Virus record (IMG/VR): IMGVR_UViG_3300025318_000038
Coordinates: 1 to 26,910 of that record
Reading direction: 5' to 3' (one strand)
DNA from: a virus
Lineage: Duplodnaviria > Caudoviricetes
DNA length: 26,910 bases
The notes beneath the pieces are model-generated. The model saw nothing but the letters and a program-made list of their open reading frames with translations, was not told where the DNA came from and made no database searches. Position 1 is the stretch's first letter, and the number at the start of each line of letters is the position of its first letter. The position numbers and the translations under genes were made by a program. Below, piece by piece: positions 15,966 to 24,979 of this stretch.

Positions 15966-16433
15966 CTAGAGTCTTCTTATTTTCAATACCCTTCGGCCCC
16001 AAGCTATAGCGTCATCATAATTTGGAAAGTAAACGTCAATCTTGTTGCCCTTTATAGCACCACCCCTATCAAGAACCGTACAAATCCCATAGCCAGGTAT
16101 TTCAAATTTTGTCCCAAAAGGATAAACAGGGTCGGCAGCACAGATTCCATAAGCAACCCTAGCCCCGGAAGCGGTGTAGTACCCCGTCCCTTCTTGCTGG
16201 CTGGTGCTGTAACCAGTTACGCTATAAAAGCCGTTAGGGGCGACCACAGGGCCTCTGGCAAGCATTTGTGGTTTTGGAGTATATTTTTTAGATTTTATGG
16301 ATACTGTTATTACAGGCCCTTGATATTCTGCGGGTTTTGGGGTTTGCCTAGTTTGGTTTTCGGCTGCCGTATCTCCGTTAAATATTAAAACTAGGAAAAT
16401 AATCAGGAGATACGGTAAGAAAATTCTATACAA
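15966..16433 (-). CDS. Membrane-anchored/secreted 3D-domain protein (MltA-like cell-wall enzyme)
   Basis: N-terminal hydrophobic segment; VTGYS, TASG, AADP..PFGT, LDRGGAIKGNKIDVYF, AIAWGRR. Confidence 0.9.
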   Translation of the reverse strand: MYRIFLPYLLIIFLVLIFNGDTAAENQTRQTPKPAEYQGPVITVSIKSKKYTPKPQMLARGPVVAPNGFYSVTGYSTSQQEGTGYYTASGARVAYGICAADPVYPFGTKFEIPGYGICTVLDRGGAIKGNKIDVYFPNYDDAIAWGRRVLKIRRL

Positions 16434-16441
16434 CCGATATA

Positions 16442-16450
16442 ATTATACCA
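16442..16450 (-). promoter_or_regulatory. Extended -10 promoter (TGGTATAAT)
   Basis: Perfect TGn-TATAAT ending 8 nt before the TTG start at 16433. Confidence 0.6.
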
Positions 16451-16454
16451 CTTA

Positions 16455-16485
16455 TATACAAGAAGCCCCAACTAAGTAGGGCTTC
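16455..16485 (-). terminator. Putative intrinsic terminator closing the late operon
   Basis: GAAGCCCT-ACTTAGTT-GGGGCTTC hairpin followed by TTGTATAT, just after the holin. Confidence 0.55.
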
Positions 16486-16502
16486 AAGTACCGGCATCAT
16501 GA

Positions 16503-16673
16503 TTATTTTCCAGTTACACTTGCTCTAAGAAATACTGCTGCGATTGCACCAAGTCCTGCGATTACTGTTTGAAACGTCTCGGTGTCCCAGCTAATTACAT
16601 TAAAGAATTGAAGCACGGCAACAACAAAAATTACTCCAGCCGTAATATAAGTTCTTCTTCCGGTAAGATTCAT
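16503..16673 (-). CDS. Putative holin (56 aa, 2 TM; not in track)
   Basis: MNLTGRRTYITAGVIFVVAVLQFFNVISWDTETFQTVIAGLGAIAAVFLRASVTGK; ATG overlaps the endolysin stop. Confidence 0.75.
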   Translation of the reverse strand: MNLTGRRTYITAGVIFVVAVLQFFNVISWDTETFQTVIAGLGAIAAVFLRASVTGK

Positions 16674-17623
16674 TATTTATCACCACCTTTACTAAATGGG
16701 TTTTTCCAATCATAACCACCCATAAAATTAGCAACAGATTTTACCAGTTTAATAAAACTGTTGTCGGTTTGTAGAATATTAAACCTAGTTGGTTTTTCAT
16801 TTATTACTACTGGTTCGGTGAGTTTTAATTTGAGGTCGGTCTCTGTCTTTTTTTTATCAACAGCGTCTTTTTTATATTCTTCTATTTGAGTAATGAGGGT
16901 ATCATTAACAGCGTTTTGGTCTTCTATTGTCTTTTGAAGTTTCTCTATTTGTCCTTGCAGGGTAACTATACCGGCATTCAAAGTGGCTATTTCTTTATCA
17001 TATTGGGATTTCTTTACCCATTTGATTAAATAGTGTTTAGTTGCGTAGGCTCCAGCACTAAGTTTGCTTTTACGCCACGATTCAATATCGTATTTATTTG
17101 GTTTTTTACCGAGTAAAACTGTGAATAAAGCTGCTAATCTTTCCAGTTCTAAGTCCACGTTATTTACCCCCTTTGACCATTGTACCACTTTGGTTAAGTC
17201 AATCAAACGCCCTGCAGGGTCGGCAAATTCTATATGACAAACCGGCCCCGTTACAGTACCTGTTTGTCCAGTATAACCAATAAGCTGTCCTTTGGTTACT
17301 ACCTGTCCTGATTTTATTATTAGAGAATCCATGTGAGCAAATCCTATGCGGTAGCCGTTATTTAATTTAATCCTACAAAATCTTCCGTAACCTGTTTTAT
17401 AATCTTTGGCAGTAGTAACGGGAGAATAAACCTCAATAACTTTACCTGCTTCTGGTGCAAAGGTTTTGATTTTTAGTTTAGGTGGGTAATCTGTACCTGT
17501 GTGGGGAAGGGGAATCTTTTGTCCTTTGTAATTAATAAAATAATCGTAAGGGCCAAGCCTTCCAAAGTTACCTGTTACAGGTAGGATTGGAGTATCAAAA
17601 GGCCATAAAAGTTTAATAGACAT
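16673..17623 (-). CDS. M23-family peptidase (putative endolysin) with C-terminal coiled coil
   Basis: HTGTD, GYGRF, FAHMD, GQVVTKGQLIGYTGQTG; the HxH motif reads GPVCH. Confidence 0.85.
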   Translation of the reverse strand: MSIKLLWPFDTPILPVTGNFGRLGPYDYFINYKGQKIPLPHTGTDYPPKLKIKTFAPEAGKVIEVYSPVTTAKDYKTGYGRFCRIKLNNGYRIGFAHMDSLIIKSGQVVTKGQLIGYTGQTGTVTGPVCHIEFADPAGRLIDLTKVVQWSKGVNNVDLELERLAALFTVLLGKKPNKYDIESWRKSKLSAGAYATKHYLIKWVKKSQYDKEIATLNAGIVTLQGQIEKLQKTIEDQNAVNDTLITQIEEYKKDAVDKKKTETDLKLKLTEPVVINEKPTRFNILQTDNSFIKLVKSVANFMGGYDWKNPFSKGGDK

Positions 17624-17624
17624 T

Positions 17625-17930
17625 TTATTTATTTAGATGTTCTTTAATTTCTTTACCTAAAGTGTTTTCAATATTAGACTTTTGGGATAATGCCTGCAGG
17701 ACTATTTGCTTCAAGTAGTCTTTCTTAAATTTAACATCTTTGTAAGCACCCTCTAGCCTATTATTTTCTTTTTCCAAATACTCTACCCTTTTAGTTAAAT
17801 CATTTATGGAATCTCTAAGGAGGTTAAGGTCGTTGCGTCTTATTTGGTAAACAAAAAAAGATCCTCCTAAAGCTAGGGCGGTTGCTGCTCCTACCCAACC
17901 TATTAATGTTTGTGGTAACTCTAAGCCCAT
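17625..17930 (-). CDS. Single-TM plus coiled-coil lysis-cassette membrane protein
   Basis: Probable start MGLELP at 17930; hydrophobic segment then heptads; upstream of the endolysin. Confidence 0.65.
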   Translation of the reverse strand: MGLELPQTLIGWVGAATALALGGSFFVYQIRRNDLNLLRDSINDLTKRVEYLEKENNRLEGAYKDVKFKKDYLKQIVLQALSQKSNIENTLGKEIKEHLNK

Positions 17931-17931
17931 T

Positions 17932-18831
17932 TTAAATAATCTCCACAATAATAAAGCTTGTCATAGTAGCGTTTGCCAACGTGCTTGTCCCTGCTGTTGC
18001 TTGGCCACTAAGTTTATATGTATGGCTTCCAGTAGAAGGCATTAATATTACCGTGCTAATAATAGTTTCGTTTGTGGCATTTGCACCCTGTACTAAAATA
18101 CCTTGACTATAAGTAGTTGTACTTTCCTTAATACGAAGTACCGACCTGTTTCCTGCTGCGGTATTTGCAAACAAGGTAAAAGTAGTTATCTTAATACGTT
18201 TGTTGGCAGGAACAATTACCGGAACCGATAAACCAGTAAGATCAACTTCGCTAGTTATACCTCCTTGATCTGAGGTTGCCTGTCTATAGCCAATCACCCC
18301 AGGAGTAGGGTTTCGGTTATAGATTAAATTACCTAGAGAATCTACAACAGATAAAATTACACTTGATATAGTTGGGCCGGTCGGCCCTAGTTGTCCTTGA
18401 TTGATTGCGTTTTGGGAAGCTATGGTAGTGGCCCCTGTAATTACTACTGCAATACGAATTGCATTTGAAGCAAGTGAAGGAGAAGCAGCGTTATTGGCGA
18501 CTTCTGTATATGTGATCACCCCATCATCTCCTAAATCTACATAAGTGTCTTTTGAAGCAGTAAACGTCCTTGCAGAAACGGCCGAGGCGGTAACTCTTTT
18601 GCCGTTTATGTAGGCAACCACACTTGTCATTGAGGCGTTTCTGTTAACACCAGCATTATCAGCAGTCCAAACACCGCCGCCAGAAACAAAATTAGCTAAA
18701 GCCTCGCCTCTAAAAAGCTCTAACTTGTTATTATTTACGTCCTCCGAACCACTAGCCAACCCATCATGGGTAGCCTTATGTTCTGTCGGATCTAATATTT
18801 GGTCTGTTGAATAAGTCGGGCCGCCACTCAT
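17932..18831 (-). CDS. Minor tail / fibre-like protein
   Basis: G/T/S/A-rich beta-type sequence (FTASKDTYVD, STGSHTYKL); last gene of the tail module. Confidence 0.75.
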   Translation of the reverse strand: MSGGPTYSTDQILDPTEHKATHDGLASGSEDVNNNKLELFRGEALANFVSGGGVWTADNAGVNRNASMTSVVAYINGKRVTASAVSARTFTASKDTYVDLGDDGVITYTEVANNAASPSLASNAIRIAVVITGATTIASQNAINQGQLGPTGPTISSVILSVVDSLGNLIYNRNPTPGVIGYRQATSDQGGITSEVDLTGLSVPVIVPANKRIKITTFTLFANTAAGNRSVLRIKESTTTYSQGILVQGANATNETIISTVILMPSTGSHTYKLSGQATAGTSTLANATMTSFIIVEII

Positions 18832-18836
18832 AGTTT

Positions 18837-20531
18837 TTAATCTGGAACAGTTGGATTATTAACAGTTTCCAACTTTCCTATAGAGATTGATTGCTCTGCC
18901 ATTTGTTTATATGGATTAACAATCAATTCTTTCGCTTCTAATATTATATCATTAGGGCTGTATGTTAGTCTTCCTATCTGCAATATTATGGTTCCAAAGT
19001 CCCTGAAATTCATGCCCCACTTATCTACTCCCCAACGTGCTTGACCCCAACGGCTACTGCCACCCTGACCGATATTTGCCAGAGAAATAACCTGACCGAC
19101 AGTAATACTTTCAATATCATAACCACCAGGACTATCCCCCACATTACTATCTATAACTTGGATATTCGCCCGTAGTCTGGCTGAATTAGTTTCCTTTAGA
19201 AAACTGTTTACTATAGTATCGGCAGTTGCTTCAAGTGTAACTCGGTTATCATTTAAGGAAACAGCTTTGACACCGAAAGTATCTATAAGGCTTTGGTCAA
19301 AGTATTTTTTGTAAAAGTTTACTCCGGTAGAAACCTCGCCACCAGTAAAATAAACCGTATTTACTACAGTTTGGCTTACGGCATTTAATTCGTTTACAGC
19401 GATATTCTTTCCGTAAACTAACTTATGTTCGTAATCGTCGGCAGCCCCCCTAACAAAAAGAATGTTATTAGCTTGGTCTACATACCAGTAAAAATTGGCT
19501 GGACAAAGTTCAATGATTTTGTTTATACACTCCAAAATACTCATTACTTTAAATGTATAGGTCGCTGTTGTAAGGCTCGGTTCTAAAGAAGCCCCGTCGT
19601 AATTTATCTTCCCGCCCCTCAAAATATAGTTGTCTAAAATATCTCTAAGCATTTCCACAGGGTCTATGTCTGTGTAGGTAAAGGTTGTGGTTAAATTAGC
19701 TGGTTCTAAAAGGAAATTTAATTCACCGGTTTGTGTAAACCAGCCAGCAGCGTTGTCATTAAATAGCCAAGTATAGTCATCAAAAACATTGTCGGCATCA
19801 TAATAAAGGTTTGGAGTACCGCCACTTCCAGGAGATATAACAAAATGATAATACTTACCCTGCTCTAAATTTATACCAAAAGGGAAAACAAACTCGAAAT
19901 CGTAAATATCTGGAGCAGCACTTATAAGCTGTTGCGATGCAAGAACAATACTTGTACCCGTTGGTAGAACACTGGTACCTGTTGGTAGCCCACCATTATC
20001 TTCAACCAAATCAAAATTTTCCATAGCCTGAGCAGCATCCAAATATAAATGTAACCTCCTTATCGAATCATAGCTTGCCCTAAACCTTAGAGCTATAGAA
20101 TCCTGTCCTGTCACAATAGGGAAAGTAGAAGAAGTACCGTCAGCTTGATTATCTACCTGGTTTTCTGCACTTACTTCAAAGTTTTCTGCCATATAATCAG
20201 CCAAATCAGCACCGAAGCCCAGCAATACAACTTCGGTATATTTTTCTTTATCTGAGAAATAAGGTCGATACTCACTTATAAAACCTTGAAAGAGATTTTG
20301 ACCTTCGGGTGTTTCTTTATCATGAATTGTAATAATAACCTTGTTGTTGAAATCGACATCACTACTTAATGTATCTGGATCTCTGGCCAAGACTAACCTA
20401 AGCTCTGAACCGGCCGAATTTATTTCTTGGCTAAAGGAAGGCTCACTAACAACGTCATCCCAAGTAGCCAAAAAATTATCAGTATCGTCAAAGACCCTGT
20501 AATTGTAAGTCTTTTGATTAGGGTTGCTCAT
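18837..20531 (-). CDS. Baseplate hub / Tal-like minor tail protein
   Basis: FSQEINSAGS, FQGFI, FYWYVD, NTVYFTGG, GYDIESITVGQ; acidic; downstream of Dit. Confidence 0.75.
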   Translation of the reverse strand: MSNPNQKTYNYRVFDDTDNFLATWDDVVSEPSFSQEINSAGSELRLVLARDPDTLSSDVDFNNKVIITIHDKETPEGQNLFQGFISEYRPYFSDKEKYTEVVLLGFGADLADYMAENFEVSAENQVDNQADGTSSTFPIVTGQDSIALRFRASYDSIRRLHLYLDAAQAMENFDLVEDNGGLPTGTSVLPTGTSIVLASQQLISAAPDIYDFEFVFPFGINLEQGKYYHFVISPGSGGTPNLYYDADNVFDDYTWLFNDNAAGWFTQTGELNFLLEPANLTTTFTYTDIDPVEMLRDILDNYILRGGKINYDGASLEPSLTTATYTFKVMSILECINKIIELCPANFYWYVDQANNILFVRGAADDYEHKLVYGKNIAVNELNAVSQTVVNTVYFTGGEVSTGVNFYKKYFDQSLIDTFGVKAVSLNDNRVTLEATADTIVNSFLKETNSARLRANIQVIDSNVGDSPGGYDIESITVGQVISLANIGQGGSSRWGQARWGVDKWGMNFRDFGTIILQIGRLTYSPNDIILEAKELIVNPYKQMAEQSISIGKLETVNNPTVPD

Positions 20532-21207
20532 AAATTATTTCTATTGACACACTTGAATCTAAAAACGATAAGTATGCATCTTCTTCAATCGGGTCGCCCG
20601 AAATCGCTTGCAAACCTCTAACTCCCCTAAAATAGAAGTCAGGAACTATATCATACAAATCATTTTTACCCACCATATAAATTCTTATTGGGTCTGACCC
20701 ACCAACCAAACTTTGAACATAATCAATCATAGCTTTAGTAGATAGAAAACTAGGACTGGCCACTGACGGGTCTATAAAAAACTTTGTGTTTCTTGAACCA
20801 AGAATCGGATAGGTATCTGGGTTATTTAGAGTATCTAAGTTTATCCAATCAGCAGGGGCCAAAGCACCGCCTCCCCAATCATACTGGATAAGAAAAATAT
20901 CAACGTAATCAGTACCAGTAGGCGGAAAAGCAGTAAAGTTTATTGTTACTTTAACGTCTTTAATCACTGCGTCTGCTGGAATACTGGCAACACTAAAAAC
21001 CAAACCTGCTGTATATACATAATAATCAAACTGGTAAATACTTCTGCCGACTTTGTTTATACCATCACTTAGATAATCGGCCTGAATTGTAGCGATAGCC
21101 TCCCCCCTGCGAGCCTCCTCATAGGTGAATTGATTATTAACTATATAAGAAGCCAAATACTCTGTATCAGCATGGGCCTGAATTGTAGCAGTTTGTCGAT
21201 AAGCCAT
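20518..21207 (-). CDS. Minor tail protein (possible carbohydrate-binding-like beta domain)
   Basis: Probable start MAYRQ at 21207, just after the Dit stop; FSVASIPADAVIKDVKVTI motif. Confidence 0.65.
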   Translation of the reverse strand: MAYRQTATIQAHADTEYLASYIVNNQFTYEEARRGEAIATIQADYLSDGINKVGRSIYQFDYYVYTAGLVFSVASIPADAVIKDVKVTINFTAFPPTGTDYVDIFLIQYDWGGGALAPADWINLDTLNNPDTYPILGSRNTKFFIDPSVASPSFLSTKAMIDYVQSLVGGSDPIRIYMVGKNDLYDIVPDFYFRGVRGLQAISGDPIEEDAYLSFLDSSVSIEIIYEQP

Positions 21208-21208
21208 A

Positions 21209-21979
21209 TCAGAGCCAACGTTTCGTATAAGTAAAGCCAACAGTAACACTGCGGCCAGTAAAATTATCTTCATAGACTATCTTCTTACCTGTTCCAGGGT
21301 CAAAAGTCAAAAACTTTCCAGTATAATTTACTTCTGTTCCGTTTACTTTGACAGTTTTATTGGCAGAGTCTATCTGTAAAATGTCGCTATTACTCCAATC
21401 CCTAGTAACTATTATTTCCTCACCACTATCAGGATTGGTGATCGTAACTATTTTGCCGGTAGCACCACTAAGACTAGCGAAAGTAAAAGTAATAACTGGT
21501 GTGGCTTTATAGCTACCTAAAATATTAAAAGTTTTTTCCCCATAAAAAGCGGTTATTGCTGCTCCCATAGCTATAGATGTCGATTGAGTATTGTAACCAA
21601 AAGGATTGCTACAAAGAAAAGTAATTGTAAAAGTATTAAAACCACCGTTGGCCTCACTAAATATTATCTGTGAGACAGTGGCCGTGTATTCCCTTTCAAT
21701 TCCAGACTGGTCAAATTTGAGAGGAGCTTCTTTTACTGATAAATAAATAAGCAAGTTATCTCTGGCTACTTCCAAAGATTGTCGGTTTGGGGCAACAATA
21801 TGGCCTTCAATAACTATCTCTTTACTTTTATAATCGGCAGAAACCAACTTGGCCCCATCTTCATTGGCAAGGTCTTTTTTATCTACCGACCTTATGGGTA
21901 AAGAGTGAGCAAGGCGATTGGTAATCGTAATATATTCTATTGTGTCTAATCGGACATTATTAAAATATATAGGTAACAT
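21209..21979 (-). CDS. Distal tail protein (Dit, siphovirus tail component)
   Basis: KEIVIEG, FTITFLCSNPFGY, IDSANKTVKVNG, GKFLTFDPG, C-terminal KRWL; directly after the tape measure. Confidence 0.85.
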   Translation of the reverse strand: MLPIYFNNVRLDTIEYITITNRLAHSLPIRSVDKKDLANEDGAKLVSADYKSKEIVIEGHIVAPNRQSLEVARDNLLIYLSVKEAPLKFDQSGIEREYTATVSQIIFSEANGGFNTFTITFLCSNPFGYNTQSTSIAMGAAITAFYGEKTFNILGSYKATPVITFTFASLSGATGKIVTITNPDSGEEIIVTRDWSNSDILQIDSANKTVKVNGTEVNYTGKFLTFDPGTGKKIVYEDNFTGRSVTVGFTYTKRWL

Positions 21980-21980
21980 A

Positions 21981-23732
21981 TTATTTAGGTTTAATTGTTA
22001 GCCCCAAGTTTGCTAACTCTTGGTTTCTGGTAAATCTTCTAAGAAAATCGTCAGCTTGTACTTGAGAACCGATATTTATATCACCAAGCACTGTCGTATT
22101 TGCTGTATTGTTATTTGTACTTTGAGCTAATCCTGGGAAGTTAGGTCTTACAGTAGCCGTAAAATCTCTTGAAATTGAATTTATCTCGTCAAACATCCCA
22201 CCATAAAGACTTGTTATCTTATCAGTACCTTTGCTTATTAAATCTACTAGGCTAGGCGAATGTCTTGAAAACGGGTTTAGATTCTTTAAAGTTTCAACCA
22301 CCTTGCCCACCTGTTCCTTAATCCAATTAAAGGCCTTTTCAAAGGGTGCTTTTAAAGTATTGTAAACATTTTTTAGGGCATTTCTTATTGAAGAATCAAT
22401 ACCTTTAAAAAAGGCAATAAGTTTACTGGCCATATTTATTACAAAAGAAATTACTTTAATCATAAAAGTAAATTGCTTAATTGCCAGCAATATGGCCCCG
22501 AAAATTACTACTCCTATAACCACTGCTAAAAATTTTAGTATCGGTATTAAAGTCGGAGCAACCAAAGTCCAAAGTTGTTTTAGGGCAGGAAGCAAGTCCT
22601 TTGAAAACGCAGTCCAAAGTTGCATAACCGCCGGTATCAAAAAGTTAGTAACTGCAAATGTAATTAAATCGAAGGCGGCTTTTATTGTATCTACTATTGG
22701 TTGTAGAGCTTTTAATGTATTATCCAAACCGCCAAAATGTTCGATAAGTTTTTGAATACCAAAAGCTAACAATGCCCCAGCAGCGATAAATGGTAACAAG
22801 GGGGCAAACAAGGTAATAAATCCGGCTGCTAAAGCTAAAACCGCAGGTACAAGACCGCCCATGATAGCACCAGCTATTATTGGCAAGTGAGGTTGTAATT
22901 GTTGCAGCTTCTCTATAAAGAAGTTTAGAACCCCTTGTGGCCCACCCATAGCTGTAAACCAATCATTAAAGGCTTGAATAACAGGTTCCAAACTATTGCT
23001 AATACCCTCACCTATAAGCTCCATGAAATCACTGAACGTATTTTTTGCTATTGTCAGTTGCCCAGCAAAGGTCTTGCCAGCAGCCTCGGCACTACCACCA
23101 AATTCGGTTTTCAACTCTTTCATTATCAAGGCTTGGGCCTCAGCCGAACGACCTGTTTCAACTAAGTTTTTTATTACATCTTGCTGTGCTTCATTGAAAT
23201 TAACACCAACCCTACGCAAAGCCGTGACACCTAAAATTGGATCTTGAAGGGCTTTTCCAAGCTGTATAGCAGATGATTTTACATCCTGACCAAGTGCTTG
23301 GCTCATGTCTAGCATTATTTCTGTAGCCTCTGGAAATATATCCTTGCCTATTTTAGTAAAGGTTAAAAGTAGGTTTTCACCAGTTTGGATTGTTTCGTCA
23401 CTAAATTTAGTTGTCTTTTGTAAAGAGGCCGCAAGTTTGGAAACTTGGTCTGCGGTTACGCCAGCGACACCGCCAGTAGATTTCAAGACTGCCTGAGTCT
23501 GAGCCATGACGTTTTGTGCTTCGGTAAAGGCTTGGATAGATTTGACCCCGAAGGCTACCGCCCCAGCAGCAGCAGCAGTCAGACCACCAAGCAAGGCAAA
23601 TGAACCGCCTTCAGCCGCTTTAGTAGCACTACCTAAACCATGAAATTTCCTGCTTGCTGAGTCTACATCACCTTCAAACTTGCCCTTGTCTAAATTTAGA
23701 GTATATTTTATTGATCCAACTTCAGTTGCAAT
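21981..23732 (-). CDS. Tape measure protein (583 aa from a non-canonical ATT start)
   Basis: AIQLGKALQDP, EFGGSA, amphipathic repeats, NPFSRHSPSLVD. The frame extends 46 codons above the track's TTG to ATT-GCA-ACT-GAA-GTT-GGA, 5 nt after AGGAGG. Confidence 0.9.
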   Translation of the reverse strand: MATEVGSIKYTLNLDKGKFEGDVDSASRKFHGLGSATKAAEGGSFALLGGLTAAAAGAVAFGVKSIQAFTEAQNVMAQTQAVLKSTGGVAGVTADQVSKLAASLQKTTKFSDETIQTGENLLLTFTKIGKDIFPEATEIMLDMSQALGQDVKSSAIQLGKALQDPILGVTALRRVGVNFNEAQQDVIKNLVETGRSAEAQALIMKELKTEFGGSAEAAGKTFAGQLTIAKNTFSDFMELIGEGISNSLEPVIQAFNDWFTAMGGPQGVLNFFIEKLQQLQPHLPIIAGAIMGGLVPAVLALAAGFITLFAPLLPFIAAGALLAFGIQKLIEHFGGLDNTLKALQPIVDTIKAAFDLITFAVTNFLIPAVMQLWTAFSKDLLPALKQLWTLVAPTLIPILKFLAVVIGVVIFGAILLAIKQFTFMIKVISFVINMASKLIAFFKGIDSSIRNALKNVYNTLKAPFEKAFNWIKEQVGKVVETLKNLNPFSRHSPSLVDLISKGTDKITSLYGGMFDEINSISRDFTATVRPNFPGLAQSTNNNTANTTVLGDINIGSQVQADDFLRRFTRNQELANLGLTIKPK

Positions 23733-23756
23733 ATTATCCTCCTATAAAAATACCGC

Positions 23757-24075
23757 CTAATTATTTTGACCAAATATCTTTTTTAGTCTGGTCAAACCTT
23801 CGGCGGTGTTTTCCTGATCCAGTAATTCTATTATATCAGATGATTGCCTCTCTAATCCACTAAGTATGTTTTGGCGATCTGCCTTTTCCATAAACGGGTA
23901 TGAAGCCGCCTCGATTTGTTTAAATTGTTCGATAGCGTCTATTTGTAGTGACTGGTTTAAAAGAGAATAAAATATTATTGCGTATTCGTTCAGTACCAAA
24001 TCAAAAGTGTAGGCTGGGTATTTTCTAAGAAAATAGGCGATTATCTTTATAAATCGGGTTGGAGTGTTTTTTTTT
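23757..24075 (-). CDS. Tail assembly chaperone, -1 frameshift extension (gpT-like)
   Basis: The -1 frame is open from the A9 run: NTPTRFIKIIAYFLRKYPAYTFDLVLNEYAIIF...IFGQNN. Confidence 0.78.
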
Positions 24076-24421
24076 CCACAGGAGAAATGCCAGCAGCCTT
24101 AGCAGCTTTTAATTCTTTTGGAGCCGCCAAACCCATTATGAAATCAATAAGCCTTTCGGCTTGTTGAAAAGATATGTCTACATTATCCTTTTTTATATCT
24201 GGGATTATTTTTTCTACTACATTGTGGAAAATCTCTAAGGCCTCTAAAGCAGAAGCACCGCCATCCTCTTTTTTCTTACTACTCTGAAAGAGTTTGTATA
24301 TCCTAGACAACTCGATAATTGTCTTTAACTTTGGTGGTTCTACTATATAAGTAATACCGCCAAGAGTTACCTCACCCTTTTCAGGAATAATAGAATCAAG
24401 ATCAAGCTGTGCGTCTGCCAT
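24047..24421 (-). CDS. Tail assembly chaperone (gpG-like)
   Basis: Between tail tube and tape measure; ends in slippery GAA AAA AAA ACA. Confidence 0.8.
   Translation of the reverse strand: MADAQLDLDSIIPEKGEVTLGGITYIVEPPKLKTIIELSRIYKLFQSSKKKEDGGASALEALEIFHNVVEKIIPDIKKDNVDISFQQAERLIDFIMGLAAPKELKAAKAAGISPVEKKTLQPDL
24067..24075 (-). other. Programmed -1 frameshift slippery site (A AAA AAA)
   Basis: 9-A run near the chaperone 3' end; a -1 shift joins the downstream ORF. Confidence 0.78.
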
Positions 24422-24430
24422 AAAGTCTTA

Positions 24431-24964
24431 CTAACTTACGTTCGTGAGACCAATGTGGCCCAATCTGCGGCCATCATCATAGGTTTCGTCAATTAGTGCT
24501 TCAAATGTTACTTTAAAGACCCTTTGCTCGTCAACCTTAAAACTCAATTCGACCGCTTCAATAGGTACAGCCCTGTAGATAGTAATATCGTCAGTTAGAT
24601 CGCTGTCAGCCTTTGCTGTTGGGTGCAAAACAAGCACTGCTGAATTGTTAGTCCTAAGACTCCAACCAGCCGATCTACCAATATTTAATCTATCACCAGC
24701 AGCACCGGTATCTGTATCGGAAGCTGCTATAGCCTCCTCAAGATTTCCGACACTAGGCTCGGCTAAAGTTACTTCTACAAGTAACCTTTCACCTGTGAGT
24801 ACCTTATCGACAGGAGTTGAGCCGTATTTGTCCACCGTAAGTTCTGCAAACTCTGGTTCATACTTGAACATTACACCCTCTTTAGTATTTCCCAGATTAA
24901 CGGCGTTATAGATGACTCTACAAACACCGATTCGCAGGTTGTCTAAACTAGGTGAAGCTGCCAT
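24431..24964 (-). CDS. Major tail (tube) protein
   Basis: LGNTKEGV, VDKYGSTP, VTLAE, LVLHP, QRVFKVTFEAL; SD GGAGG; position; ends TNVS. Confidence 0.85.
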   Translation of the reverse strand: MAASPSLDNLRIGVCRVIYNAVNLGNTKEGVMFKYEPEFAELTVDKYGSTPVDKVLTGERLLVEVTLAEPSVGNLEEAIAASDTDTGAAGDRLNIGRSAGWSLRTNNSAVLVLHPTAKADSDLTDDITIYRAVPIEAVELSFKVDEQRVFKVTFEALIDETYDDGRRLGHIGLTNVS

Positions 24965-24979
24965 AAATCAACCTCCAAT

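Noticed and set aside
23733-23760. Stop-codon recoding as an explanation for the tape measure start
   Set aside because: TAG, TGA and TAA all end well-supported genes here and long ORFs are intact in code 11.
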